Positions 18,726-28,410 of a DNA stretch of 64,000 nucleotides are shown piece after piece; position 1 is the first letter of the stretch; the number at the start of each line of letters is the position of its first letter. Origin of the DNA: Candidatus Shapirobacteria bacterium (GTDB lineage Bacteria > Patescibacteriota > Microgenomatia > UBA12405). The stretch is from contig JBAZYN010000001.1 in assembly GCA_041659325.1 (NCBI GenBank), forward strand, positions 302,819 through 366,818. The letters are read 5' to 3'. A model generated the notes under the pieces. The model searched no databases, was not told the DNA's origin, and saw only the letters and a program-made list of their open reading frames with translations. Made by a program: the position numbers and the translations under genes.

Positions 18726-19357
18726 AACTACCATCCGTTTTCATAGTTGGCGACAGTATTTCGATCGGCTATGACCCATATCTTCGTAAATATTTAAAAG
18801 GGAAGTTTTGGTATTCACGAAAACTAGGCACCAAAGAGACTTTTTGGAACCCCGGTACACCCATGAGTGCAAACGGAGGAGATTCTTCTCTTGTACTAAA
18901 ATACCTTCAAAACAACCATAAACATAAAGAGATTCCAAAAGTTAATTATTTATTATTTAATTGCGGTTTGCACGATATTAAGACAAACCCCATCACTGAG
19001 AAAAAACAAATTACTATATCAAGATATAGGGAGAATCTACGCCTCATTCTCCAAAAGGCAAATAAGTTTACTAATTACATTGTTTGGGTAAACTCAACGC
19101 CAGTCAATGATACATGGCATAACACCAGGTGCAAAGATTTCTCTCGCTACAATAAAGATGTGTTGGAATATAACTGCGCTGCAAAAAAAATAATGCAAAA
19201 GCACAAGATACCCACTATCGACCTTTACTCACTCACACTAAAATTTGGACAAAATCTCTATACCGACCATATACATTTCAAAAAAACAATATATCAGAAA
19301 CTAGGCAGATATATTGCATTTTTCCTCTATAAACAACACCACCTAAACATCACCTAA
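18722..19357 (+). CDS. SGNH/GDSL-family hydrolase (esterase / acyltransferase fold)
   Basis: VFIVGDSISIGY block I with the catalytic Ser. Block GLHD-like CGLHD. C-terminal DHIH, matching the DxxH catalytic pair. Confidence 0.55.
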   Translation: MKLPSVFIVGDSISIGYDPYLRKYLKGKFWYSRKLGTKETFWNPGTPMSANGGDSSLVLKYLQNNHKHKEIPKVNYLLFNCGLHDIKTNPITEKKQITISRYRENLRLILQKANKFTNYIVWVNSTPVNDTWHNTRCKDFSRYNKDVLEYNCAAKKIMQKHKIPTIDLYSLTLKFGQNLYTDHIHFKKTIYQKLGRYIAFFLYKQHHLNIT

Positions 19358-19465
19358 CACGATACGCTCATTCTAATTTTTCTTCTAATTCCTTCACCAT
19401 CCGAGTGTCAGACCAAATATTTTTATTTCCAATAATTATCATCATTATATATCACCACAATAAGA

Positions 19466-20417
19466 TTAATATTTGGTTACCTTGACTTTTGCTTGTTCAA
19501 TCGCATAATGATAAACCATCATGTGACCCATACCCACATACCAAACATCAGCTCGGTTCTTTACATAGTCTAGATGAAGGGGAAAATATCCTCTACCCCC
19601 CCAAGATACTTTTTGTAAGTGAAACCCTAGGTGGTAAATTTTTCCCAAAGCATAATCACTGTCAAACCTAGCATTCATGATCTCCAAACTTGCCGATTCG
19701 GCAAATCCATATCTATCCCAAAGCTCGCATAGTCCGTCTACCCCATCCCACTCGGAGAAAAGACCATCATGAATATTAGTCCCGAAACCAGCAATATTAG
19801 TTAAATATTTATACTTTCCTGCTTTTGCCTACATTGTTTCACCATATTCACTAAAGGGTGCTATCCATGAAAAAATATATTCATCAGCGCCTTTTTTATT
19901 CAAAAATGGCATAGTGAGGTTATCCAATATCATTTGTCTTGATTCTCCCATCTCCACATCAAAGTCGTATGGCATATGCAAGTGAGACATACGGTGTGAA
20001 GTTAGCTCGACATATCCATTGTCAATTTTCGCCTGAATGTTCACCCAGGTCTCGGTAGTAAAATCTCCCATTTTAAAAAATCCTGCAGTAACCCAAAATT
20101 TTTAGAGGGATCTCCATCGTTGTTTTTCTTCCAGACTTCTATACCGCTTGAAAAAGGTGAAATCTGGAATTTATATTTTAATGGATAAGTTAGTCCATAA
20201 TCTGTTCTCGCAGTGGTATCTGAAATTATTCTAAATTGTAAGTTATTTTATAATTATTACTTTCCTTATGTTTGGCGGGAGGGGAGAAAACATAATAAAG
20301 CACTATCAGGAATGTGGTAACTGGCAAAATAACTAATGACAGTTTTCTCAAATGGATGCTACATATAGGCATATTCTTTATTATCATGCAAATTAAATTA
20401 ATTGTATCAAGGCCCAA
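19466..20417 (-). pseudogene. Disrupted gene: N-terminal TM fragment (20417-20226), a frameshift, then a ~210-codon body interrupted by one in-frame TAG at 19826-19828. Possible polysaccharide-deacetylase-like hydrolase.
   Basis: ORFs 19829-20071 and 19466-19687 are in the same frame. The stretch between them translates without further stops (AKAGKYKYLTNIAGFGTNIHDGLFSEWDGVDGLCELWDRYGFAESASLEIMNARF...). His-rich motifs SHRMSHLHM and GMGHMMVYH are present. Confidence 0.45.
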
Positions 20418-20519
20418 TCATAGTCTGTAAAAACAAGGTCCTCTATATTTGATTCTATTTTTAGATCTTCTTTTTTCGCGACACCAAACATTAAGTTAAT
20501 CTTATGTATAATATAGGCA

Positions 20520-20708
20520 TTGCAGGATATGGTCACAAAAAGTTTAGGTAATTATCTGGTCTCGAAAAACTCTCAATTCAAAAAAGAGCTTGCCGACACA
20601 AGGGCCAATCTCACTCAGATCAATTTGGATCTAGCCAAAGTCAAATCATCAAAATTTTACCGTCTCTGGCGCATATATCGCTATATTATAGAAAATGGAC
20701 AACCCTAA
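20520..20708 (+). CDS. Small hypothetical protein (62 aa, TTG start)
   Basis: ORF follows a TATAAT-like box (tgtataatat, ~20496-20506). Charged, coiled-coil-like composition. Could be a leader or a spurious call. Confidence 0.2.
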   Translation: MQDMVTKSLGNYLVSKNSQFKKELADTRANLTQINLDLAKVKSSKFYRLWRIYRYIIENGQP

Positions 20709-22011
20709 AAAAACAACACCACCAGACCTTTTCAAAGTCATCAAAGAAAATGAAAAACTCTTAACAAAGATTATCTCCTTAAAATATAAAAAACAGGATC
20801 GCCAAAAAGAACTATCAATTATCGTAAATTCCAGGGCTTATAAAATTTGGCGACTTTTTATTAAACTTAGGAAATATCTTTTACTTATTCCCGCCCAACT
20901 ATTATTCAGATTACCAATAAGTGTTTTTTACACCGCTATTTTTACCTTAATTTTTATTTTCTCTAAGTTTGTCTCCATATTTCAAGTATTTACCGGCAAA
21001 AAACTGACACTCACGACTCGGGAAACAATACTTGACGGCATTAGTTTTATTATTCCCACCTGGAACAAAAAAAATATGGTTCTCAAATGCCTGTCCCTAT
21101 TAGACCAAATTGCCACCGCCGAGAGGTCCGAGTTACCAGTTGAAATTATTGTTGTTGAAAATGGCTCAATTGACGGTACCTTCGATGCTCTAAATAAGCT
21201 CAAGACCAAAAATCGCCTACTTGTTCTAAAACAAAGTACCAATCTGGGTTATGCAAAAGCCGTCAACCTGGCCGTTCAAACCGCTCAGTACAATTACGTC
21301 TACCTCCTAAACAACGACATGGAACCACAAAAAAACTTTTTGTCCGAACTAATTAAGTTGACTCGAAAACTGATCGATAAAAATAAACTATTTTTTGGTA
21401 TCGCTTCACAAATATTCTTTTATGATAAAACTAAACGTCGGGAAGAATCCGGTAAAACCTTTTTTCATATGCACAACGGTTTTCTAGATGTTGCCCACGT
21501 CATTAATAAGTATAATCTTGAGGATATCAGTATAATCGCCTATGCAGGAGGAGGATCATCACTCATAAACAAGCATCTCCTTGTCAAACTGGGTCTACTT
21601 GATCACAAAACTTACACCCCACTTTATTGTGAAGACATGGACATAGGATATCTGGCCTGGAAATATGGATATCCTTCTTATTTTCTTCCATCATCACAAA
21701 TTATTCACCACCATCAATCATCATCAAAAAACCTTAGCCGCGACCCCAGATACTATATGTACAAAAACTTTGTTGCCTTTATTTTAAAAAATACCATGTC
21801 GTCCAAACTTTTCTTTAAATACCTTACCGTCTTTATGTTCAGGATAAACTTGTCTGAGGATGCATATAACTACGCCACCGAAAATTTACTAAACGTCTTT
21901 AATATCTTTAAAAGCAGAGTTAAATCCAATAAATATTTATCTGTATTTTCAGATAATAAACTTTTTGATTTTGTTAAATTTGAAACTAAATATGGAAGCA
22001 GATTCCTCTAA
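20695..22011 (+). CDS. Glycosyltransferase family 2 with N-terminal membrane anchor
   Basis: TM helix, then FIIPTWNKKNMV ... IIVVENGSIDGT ... LLNNDM (DxD-like). 438 aa. Confidence 0.6.
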   Translation: MDNPKKTTPPDLFKVIKENEKLLTKIISLKYKKQDRQKELSIIVNSRAYKIWRLFIKLRKYLLLIPAQLLFRLPISVFYTAIFTLIFIFSKFVSIFQVFTGKKLTLTTRETILDGISFIIPTWNKKNMVLKCLSLLDQIATAERSELPVEIIVVENGSIDGTFDALNKLKTKNRLLVLKQSTNLGYAKAVNLAVQTAQYNYVYLLNNDMEPQKNFLSELIKLTRKLIDKNKLFFGIASQIFFYDKTKRREESGKTFFHMHNGFLDVAHVINKYNLEDISIIAYAGGGSSLINKHLLVKLGLLDHKTYTPLYCEDMDIGYLAWKYGYPSYFLPSSQIIHHHQSSSKNLSRDPRYYMYKNFVAFILKNTMSSKLFFKYLTVFMFRINLSEDAYNYATENLLNVFNIFKSRVKSNKYLSVFSDNKLFDFVKFETKYGSRFL

Positions 22012-23200
22012 AAAAAATATATTAATCATATCGGCCATTTCACCTTTTCCCGCAGACAGTGGAGGAGCCACCCGCATCTATAACACCATAAAACATCTGT
22101 CCGGCCATTACAATTTGTATTTCTTATTACATAAAAATCCCAAATACCGGCTTAAAACAGACGAATTAGACTTTCTTCTAAAAAACACCATCGAATATTA
22201 TGTTTTTGACCTCAAAGAAGAAAAAACCAATTGCTTTTTTGGCTGTAAAACCATCCCTTACTGGTTTTCAAATTGGTTTGACAGTGAGCTGATTCTGGGG
22301 ATAAACAAAATCATTTCAACCCACGCCTTTGACTTTATTCAGGTAGAAACCACCCAACTTGGGTACCTTATCGATTATCTACCGGCTGATATTCCCAAAT
22401 CGCTTACCGCCTATGATGTTTGTTTTGTCTCTTTTTTGCGCCGATTAAAGGAAACAAGGGGCATAAAAACAAAATTTACTCATTTTTTTCTCTGGCTACA
22501 AATATATATTTTTGAAAACAAATATCTTTCTAAATACAATTTTGTCACTGCCATGTCGTCAGCAGACGATAAATTTTTTAAGCAATATTTAAACCTGAAA
22601 AACACTTTTATTGTTCCAAATGGAATTGAAAAAATTGAACCAAAAATATCAGCTAAAAAATCAACGCTAAAGCTAGGCTACATTGGCTCATTTAACCATC
22701 CTCCAAATTACCATGCTTTCAAATTTTTTGTCAATCAGATCGCCCCTCTTCTTGAAAAGAAAAATATAAAATATGAATTTATCTTAGCCGGTAATAACAA
22801 ACCCGAAGATGTAAGATATCTTGTCAACAATTCGCCCATAAAAAATAAAAAATCTATCAAGCAAGTTGGTTTTATAAAAGATTTAAGAGATTTTTATCAA
22901 CAAATCGATTTGTTAATCACCCCGATATTTTCCGGCTCGGGCACCCGCCTTAAAATCCTTGAATCTTTAAGTTTCAGCACCCCCGTAATTTCCACCACCA
23001 TCGGCGCCGAAGGTATCAACAGCATTGATCCAAAATATCTAATGATTGCCGACACCGCCCAAGATTTTTATAAGAAAATTTCTACTTATCTTTTCCCCAA
23101 AACAACCCAATCTTTGGTTAAATCACCCGGTCTTAGAAAGTATCTTTGGTCAAATATTTTTAAAAGTTATTATCAAGTTTTAAATCACCGATTTCAATGA
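21992..23200 (+). CDS. Glycosyltransferase family 4
   Basis: Start taken at the internal ATG (MEADSSKK) after the upstream stop. ISPFPADSGGATRIYN is the GT4 N-domain. C-terminal ITPIFSGSGTRLKILESLSFSTPVIST. Confidence 0.6.
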   Translation: MEADSSKKNILIISAISPFPADSGGATRIYNTIKHLSGHYNLYFLLHKNPKYRLKTDELDFLLKNTIEYYVFDLKEEKTNCFFGCKTIPYWFSNWFDSELILGINKIISTHAFDFIQVETTQLGYLIDYLPADIPKSLTAYDVCFVSFLRRLKETRGIKTKFTHFFLWLQIYIFENKYLSKYNFVTAMSSADDKFFKQYLNLKNTFIVPNGIEKIEPKISAKKSTLKLGYIGSFNHPPNYHAFKFFVNQIAPLLEKKNIKYEFILAGNNKPEDVRYLVNNSPIKNKKSIKQVGFIKDLRDFYQQIDLLITPIFSGSGTRLKILESLSFSTPVISTTIGAEGINSIDPKYLMIADTAQDFYKKISTYLFPKTTQSLVKSPGLRKYLWSNIFKSYYQVLNHRFQ

Positions 23201-23991
23201 AACAATATCAAAAATACCCAATTGTAGACCACACCTCATTTATTGAAAAAGCAATTATTTATTTAGGAAAATTCCCAGTTTATTGCCCCGTCTGCGGGAA
23301 TATTTCCTTTATTTCAAAAATTAATAAAATCAATCTCCGCGAGAGCTGTCAGAGTTATTGTTGCAATTCCACAAACAGACAACGACAGATGGCCATAGCA
23401 ATTTGCAAATATCTGAGAACTTCATCGTTAAAAAAGATTTCAAAATATCAGGGATCAATTTATAACACAGAGTCGTTTGGTCCAATCCATAATGAACTTA
23501 TTAAGGCAGGACATTACACGTGTTCCGAATATTTTGGCAATAAATATAAAAGCGGAAAAGTTTATAACGGTACGTTACACCAGGATTTAATGAATCTTTC
23601 TTTTTCTGACCAAACATTTGACATAGTTTTGTCCTCAGACGTCTTTGAGCACATTTCAAAACCGTATTTGGCACACAAGGAAATTTATAGAGTCCTAAAA
23701 CCAGGCGGGATACATATTTTTACAGTACCATTCAGCTCCAGTGGTTATCACGATGAAAAAAGAGCATCAATTGTCAAAGGCAAGATAAAACACCATCTCG
23801 CCCCTATTGTCCATCTTGATGGTATCAGACCCGATAGCGGCACTCTTGTTTATAATATATTTTCTCTTGAAATGGTGGTCCGATTAGATAAAATAGGTTT
23901 TTCGACAAAAATTCTTAACATCAAATCCTTAATCAATGGCGTAATAGGCGAAGGAAACTTAGTCTTTATTTCATCAAAAAATACTTTTTAG
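23197..23991 (+). CDS. SAM-dependent methyltransferase with N-terminal Cys-rich (zinc-ribbon-like) segment
   Basis: CPVCGN...C..CC, then VLSSDVFEHI and VLKPGGIHIF methyltransferase motifs. Confidence 0.5.
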   Translation: MKQYQKYPIVDHTSFIEKAIIYLGKFPVYCPVCGNISFISKINKINLRESCQSYCCNSTNRQRQMAIAICKYLRTSSLKKISKYQGSIYNTESFGPIHNELIKAGHYTCSEYFGNKYKSGKVYNGTLHQDLMNLSFSDQTFDIVLSSDVFEHISKPYLAHKEIYRVLKPGGIHIFTVPFSSSGYHDEKRASIVKGKIKHHLAPIVHLDGIRPDSGTLVYNIFSLEMVVRLDKIGFSTKILNIKSLINGVIGEGNLVFISSKNTF

Positions 23992-25772
23992 CGGCTTCCA
24001 CCAATCCCCTTAACACACTTATATAGAAGTGTGTCTCCGAAAATAGTAGGGCTCTGGAAATACCACGCCGACGGGTCAAAATCCACTATGGTGCACTGCC
24101 GACCTTTCGTCCAATAAATAGAATCTGGGGCTAACCATTGTTTATTACCCACCAACAAAAAACTATTTTCATCATCTACTTTTCTAATTACTGATTTTAT
24201 TTTCTCATCAATTTTATCACTGGCAACAATCTCATTGTATTTTCCCATATCAATTGCCGACACAACCGACATTCCTGCTATATTTGCCAAATATGCTAAT
24301 AATGTCTCCGGGCCACGATTTCTAACTACCATTACTTTATTGGAGTCAAAAACTGTTTTATAGCCGTCGGTCATTTCCGCCAAACGATCCCTGCCAAGCA
24401 ACTTTAAACCGGCAATATATTGTGAAAAAAAGTATCCACGGGGTTGAGCTCTTGTCAATGACCGCAAATTAGGGCGCCAACCAAAATCTGTTTGAATCGA
24501 GCTAAAACAAAAAAATATAAAAAATAAATAAATCAGCAATCTCCTCTTCCTCTCCAAAACTAGACGTAAAAAACGATCGTCAAGACCCTCCTCGTTTATA
24601 AGCCACAACCAATTTACACCAACAAAAACAATAAGATAACGGGAATATCCAAACAATACCGACCATAAAATATAACCTAACAAAAACAATCCGTATTTCA
24701 ACTTCCTTCTTCTCAACAAAAACCACCACGATAAACAATAGGGAACCGCACTAAATGCCGAAAAAAAATATTTTGCCATTGTATTTACGATTCCTTCTCC
24801 ATATCTAAGAGTAAATTGGCCAATTACTGGCCACAAAAAAACCTCCACCAGTCCTTTCGGGCCCCATCTGGTATCTTTAAAATTAGCCAGTGAATACAAA
24901 GGCGATTTAAAATAACTATTATACAAAAAAGCAATTGGATTACCGGTATTTACATAAGAAACCACAAAATATATCACTATTAGAAACAAAAACAATACTA
25001 CCCATCTCCACTTTATATCCTTCTTCTTCTGCCAAACAAAATACAAAAATATGGGCATTACTACAACTCCCGATGACTGTTTAATAATCATTGCTAAAAA
25101 TCCCACTATTACCCCCACTGTTCTGTTACCCCTCGCTGAAACCAATTGGTAAAACATCTCCAAGCTCAAGATCAGAGTCAAAAAATCCACCATAAAAGTA
25201 ACATGCGTCGCCATTAAATGCGGTACAAAAAATATGTACAAAAATATTATGTCCCACAACATCCTCTTGCTTGCACTTTTTTCCCCAGACTTTAGTCTTA
25301 AATTTATTGAGATATACCAACCAATCAACAACAGACCATTAATTAAGAGACTTAATCTAATTCCAAAAATTTCTAGCAAATACGGATACCCCAATTGAGC
25401 TACAGGATAAACATAAGTACCAAAATCCAGAGGCAAAAAATTAACAGCCTGCCAAATATCACTTGCGTAACCCCCAATGACTAAATGGAAAGCAAAATCA
25501 TCATACACCGGAAAATAGATTGGAAATCGGCTAACTAACACCAACCATAAAGGGATGGTCCATAACAATTCAATTTTTGAGAAAATAATTTGTCGATCTA
25601 CAACAAATTTCCATAAAACATACCACCACGTCAGCCACAAGACCAATAAAGTCCAACCAAATATTTGACGATCACTCATCAAGGGTAACACCGAACCAGC
25701 GGCCAGCAAAACCACTCCCGCAATTAAAAAACTGATATACCCAAGATAAAAATTTGCCAAAAAATCCTTCAT
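23988..25772 (-). CDS. Large polytopic membrane protein, putative GT-C-type glycosyltransferase/polymerase
   Basis: 594 aa. About 12 N-terminal TM helices, then a ~200 aa soluble C-terminal domain. Confidence 0.3.
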   Translation of the reverse strand: MKDFLANFYLGYISFLIAGVVLLAAGSVLPLMSDRQIFGWTLLVLWLTWWYVLWKFVVDRQIIFSKIELLWTIPLWLVLVSRFPIYFPVYDDFAFHLVIGGYASDIWQAVNFLPLDFGTYVYPVAQLGYPYLLEIFGIRLSLLINGLLLIGWYISINLRLKSGEKSASKRMLWDIIFLYIFFVPHLMATHVTFMVDFLTLILSLEMFYQLVSARGNRTVGVIVGFLAMIIKQSSGVVVMPIFLYFVWQKKKDIKWRWVVLFLFLIVIYFVVSYVNTGNPIAFLYNSYFKSPLYSLANFKDTRWGPKGLVEVFLWPVIGQFTLRYGEGIVNTMAKYFFSAFSAVPYCLSWWFLLRRRKLKYGLFLLGYILWSVLFGYSRYLIVFVGVNWLWLINEEGLDDRFLRLVLERKRRLLIYLFFIFFCFSSIQTDFGWRPNLRSLTRAQPRGYFFSQYIAGLKLLGRDRLAEMTDGYKTVFDSNKVMVVRNRGPETLLAYLANIAGMSVVSAIDMGKYNEIVASDKIDEKIKSVIRKVDDENSFLLVGNKQWLAPDSIYWTKGRQCTIVDFDPSAWYFQSPTIFGDTLLYKCVKGIGGSR

Positions 25773-25786
25773 GATCCCTTAGCTTC

Positions 25787-27190
25787 ATGATATCATCACA
25801 TCAAATGCTTTTCAGCTCCAATCTCTTCCTTTTTCTTTTTTTACCAATCATCCTTTTAGTCTACTTTGGTATCAATAAAATAGTCAAACCGCCTATTCTT
25901 ATCTCCAACCTTATCCTAATTATCTTTAGTTTCTTCTTTTATCTCTGGGGTAGTGGTTTATTCACCGCTATCTTTTTAGCCTCTATTTTTATCAACTATC
26001 TATTCGGTCGACTAATGGCCAAACACGCACGTTTAAAAAAAATATTTCTCTTTTTGGGTATAACCGCTAATCTTTGTTTGCTAGGCTATTTCAAATATTT
26101 TAATTTCTTCTGTCAACAAATCTCTACCTGGTTACACCTTACTCCTCCAACCATCGTCCCTATTTTTCTCCCCATCGGTATCTCTTTTTATTCATTTATG
26201 GCTATCTCTTATCTTGTTGATGTTTACCGTCAACAAAAATCAGCCAACTTTATCGACTTTGTTTTGTACCTTAGTTTTTTCCCCCACTTAGTCGCCGGAC
26301 CAATCGTCCGCTACCAGGAAATTGCTGAAGAAATAAAAAAACGCCAACCAAGCATCGACCAGTTTTTTGAAGGTCTTTGGAGGTTTTCTCTGGGTCTTAG
26401 TAAAAAGGTGATTATCGCTAACTCCGTAGGGCAGCTCACCGACAAGGTCTTTTCCCTGCCTCCAAACGAAGTCGGTTCACTTTTGGCTTTATCGGGGATA
26501 ATCGCATACACCATTCAAATCTATTTTGACTTTTCCGGTTACTCCGATATGGCAATTGGTCTGGCTGGTTTTTTTGGTTTTAAATTCCCCGAAAATTTTT
26601 GCCATCCCTATATGGCCAGTTCCATAACTGATTTTTGGCGGCGCTGGCACATGTCTTTATCACGTTTTTTCAGAGACTATCTCTATATCCCCCTTGGAGG
26701 AAATCGTCTTGTCTCAATACGAACTTATTTCAATCTTATTGTTGTCTTCACCCTCTGCGGGCTTTGGCATGGGGCCTCTTGGACATTTGTCGTGTGGGGA
26801 CTTTATCATGGAGTATTACTCGTAATCGAACGGATTCTCAAAAATAAATTTCATTATGAACCTAAGGGTATTTTCTCCATAATCTTAACTTTTTCTTTAG
26901 TTTCTTTAGGTTGGATTATTTTTCGCTCTCCTACGTTATCCTTTGCCATAAATTATGTCAAGACATTGTTTGCTTTTTCTGACAGATTACCTCCATTCTA
27001 TACCCTCCGCTATTTTATCCCACCCAACGTTGCCTTTTATCTGGCAATAGGGCTAATATTTTCTTTCTTCCCGCTGACTAAACCTAAAAACGCTTATCTT
27101 CGCGGGCTAATAATATTAACCTTAACCCTAATCTCACTCTCCTTTCTTTCTAAAATATCATTTACCCCTTTTATCTATTTCCAGTTCTAA
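25787..27190 (+). CDS. MBOAT family membrane-bound O-acyltransferase (AlgI/DltB-like)
   Basis: FWRRWHMSLSRFFRDYLYIPLGGNR carries the invariant MBOAT His. 467 aa, multi-TM. Confidence 0.75.
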   Translation: MISSHQMLFSSNLFLFLFLPIILLVYFGINKIVKPPILISNLILIIFSFFFYLWGSGLFTAIFLASIFINYLFGRLMAKHARLKKIFLFLGITANLCLLGYFKYFNFFCQQISTWLHLTPPTIVPIFLPIGISFYSFMAISYLVDVYRQQKSANFIDFVLYLSFFPHLVAGPIVRYQEIAEEIKKRQPSIDQFFEGLWRFSLGLSKKVIIANSVGQLTDKVFSLPPNEVGSLLALSGIIAYTIQIYFDFSGYSDMAIGLAGFFGFKFPENFCHPYMASSITDFWRRWHMSLSRFFRDYLYIPLGGNRLVSIRTYFNLIVVFTLCGLWHGASWTFVVWGLYHGVLLVIERILKNKFHYEPKGIFSIILTFSLVSLGWIIFRSPTLSFAINYVKTLFAFSDRLPPFYTLRYFIPPNVAFYLAIGLIFSFFPLTKPKNAYLRGLIILTLTLISLSFLSKISFTPFIYFQF

Positions 27191-27195
27191 CATCA

Positions 27196-28398
27196 ATGGC
27201 CATTCATAATCTTAAAGTCCTCATTATTTTTTTAGTAATAAATTTTTTGGTTCTCAAAATATATGCAAAGGCCAAAGGACCTAAATTTTACTTTAACCCA
27301 AAAACACCGTTCGTTGCTTTTTTTCTTTATTTAATATGTTTCCCGTTTTTTCAGGAAAAGACCAACATTTTCCGTTATCAATCCGTCGAAGAAAACCGCA
27401 AAAAAATTTCCCATCCTCTCGGTAATCCTATTGTTGAGCTTCTCAATACAAAAAATAATTACTCCTCCGCCTACGAAAAATATTTTAACGACAACTATGG
27501 CTTGCGGGATCTTTTTATTCGTCTCAAAAACCAAATCGATTACTCGGCGTTTGGAGTTTCCGATGAAATTATCATCGGTAAAAACCACTGGCTATTTTAC
27601 AAAAATGTCGTTGAACGGGAACAATTTTATCTTGAACAGCAAACCGAAGCTCAATTCGAAAATATTCAAAATAAAATTCTTTCACTAAATCAGTATTTCA
27701 AAAAGAGGGAAGTCCTCTTTGTAGTAATGCCTATTCCTATGAAAAACTCCGTCTATCCAGAACATTACACCAACCGCACCACCAATAGGCCATCGCCGAC
27801 CAAATTTGAAAGATTTATAACTTTTTTAAAATCACATCCGGAAGTAGCCTTTATTGACGCCCCTGCCATCTTGCAACAATACAAAAACCAATACCAATTG
27901 TTTCACAAAACAGACTTCCATTGGAATGACACTGCCGCCTTTCTCGTTTCCCAAGAAACTATCAGCTCTATTAACAAATGGACAAACCGTTCCGTCCGCT
28001 GGCAATACCCGCTCAAAACACAAAATGATACTGACTTTACCGGAGGCCAAACCAATTCTCTTGCTATCCTTATTTCCCCAAAAGAAAACATTTTACGAAT
28101 CAGTAACTCACCAAAAAGCGCTATCCCCGACCCAATCACACCTCTACCATTTCTATATTATTTTAAATCTCCGGTTTCTTCGCAAAACCTATTCCCAAAA
28201 ATGCTTTTGATCGGTAACTCTTACCTTCTTAATTTTCTCAACACAGGAATTTTTGATCATTTTAGCGAAACCCTGATCATCCATAGTAACGACATGCAAA
28301 AAATTCCGACTGCCGTTCCCAAAGACGTCAAAATTGTTATTTGGGAAATGATAGAAGTCGATCTTCTCAAAGAGTCTCTTTTTAAAATAAATTACTAA
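27196..28398 (+). CDS. AlgJ/AlgX/DHHW-family protein (periplasmic/extracytoplasmic O-acyltransferase partner of MBOAT)
   Basis: N-terminal TM. FHKTDFHWN is a DxHW-type motif characteristic of AlgX/AlgJ/DHHW partners. Lies immediately downstream of the MBOAT gene. Confidence 0.5.
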   Translation: MAIHNLKVLIIFLVINFLVLKIYAKAKGPKFYFNPKTPFVAFFLYLICFPFFQEKTNIFRYQSVEENRKKISHPLGNPIVELLNTKNNYSSAYEKYFNDNYGLRDLFIRLKNQIDYSAFGVSDEIIIGKNHWLFYKNVVEREQFYLEQQTEAQFENIQNKILSLNQYFKKREVLFVVMPIPMKNSVYPEHYTNRTTNRPSPTKFERFITFLKSHPEVAFIDAPAILQQYKNQYQLFHKTDFHWNDTAAFLVSQETISSINKWTNRSVRWQYPLKTQNDTDFTGGQTNSLAILISPKENILRISNSPKSAIPDPITPLPFLYYFKSPVSSQNLFPKMLLIGNSYLLNFLNTGIFDHFSETLIIHSNDMQKIPTAVPKDVKIVIWEMIEVDLLKESLFKINY

Positions 28399-28410
28399 CG
28401 GAAATTCCTA

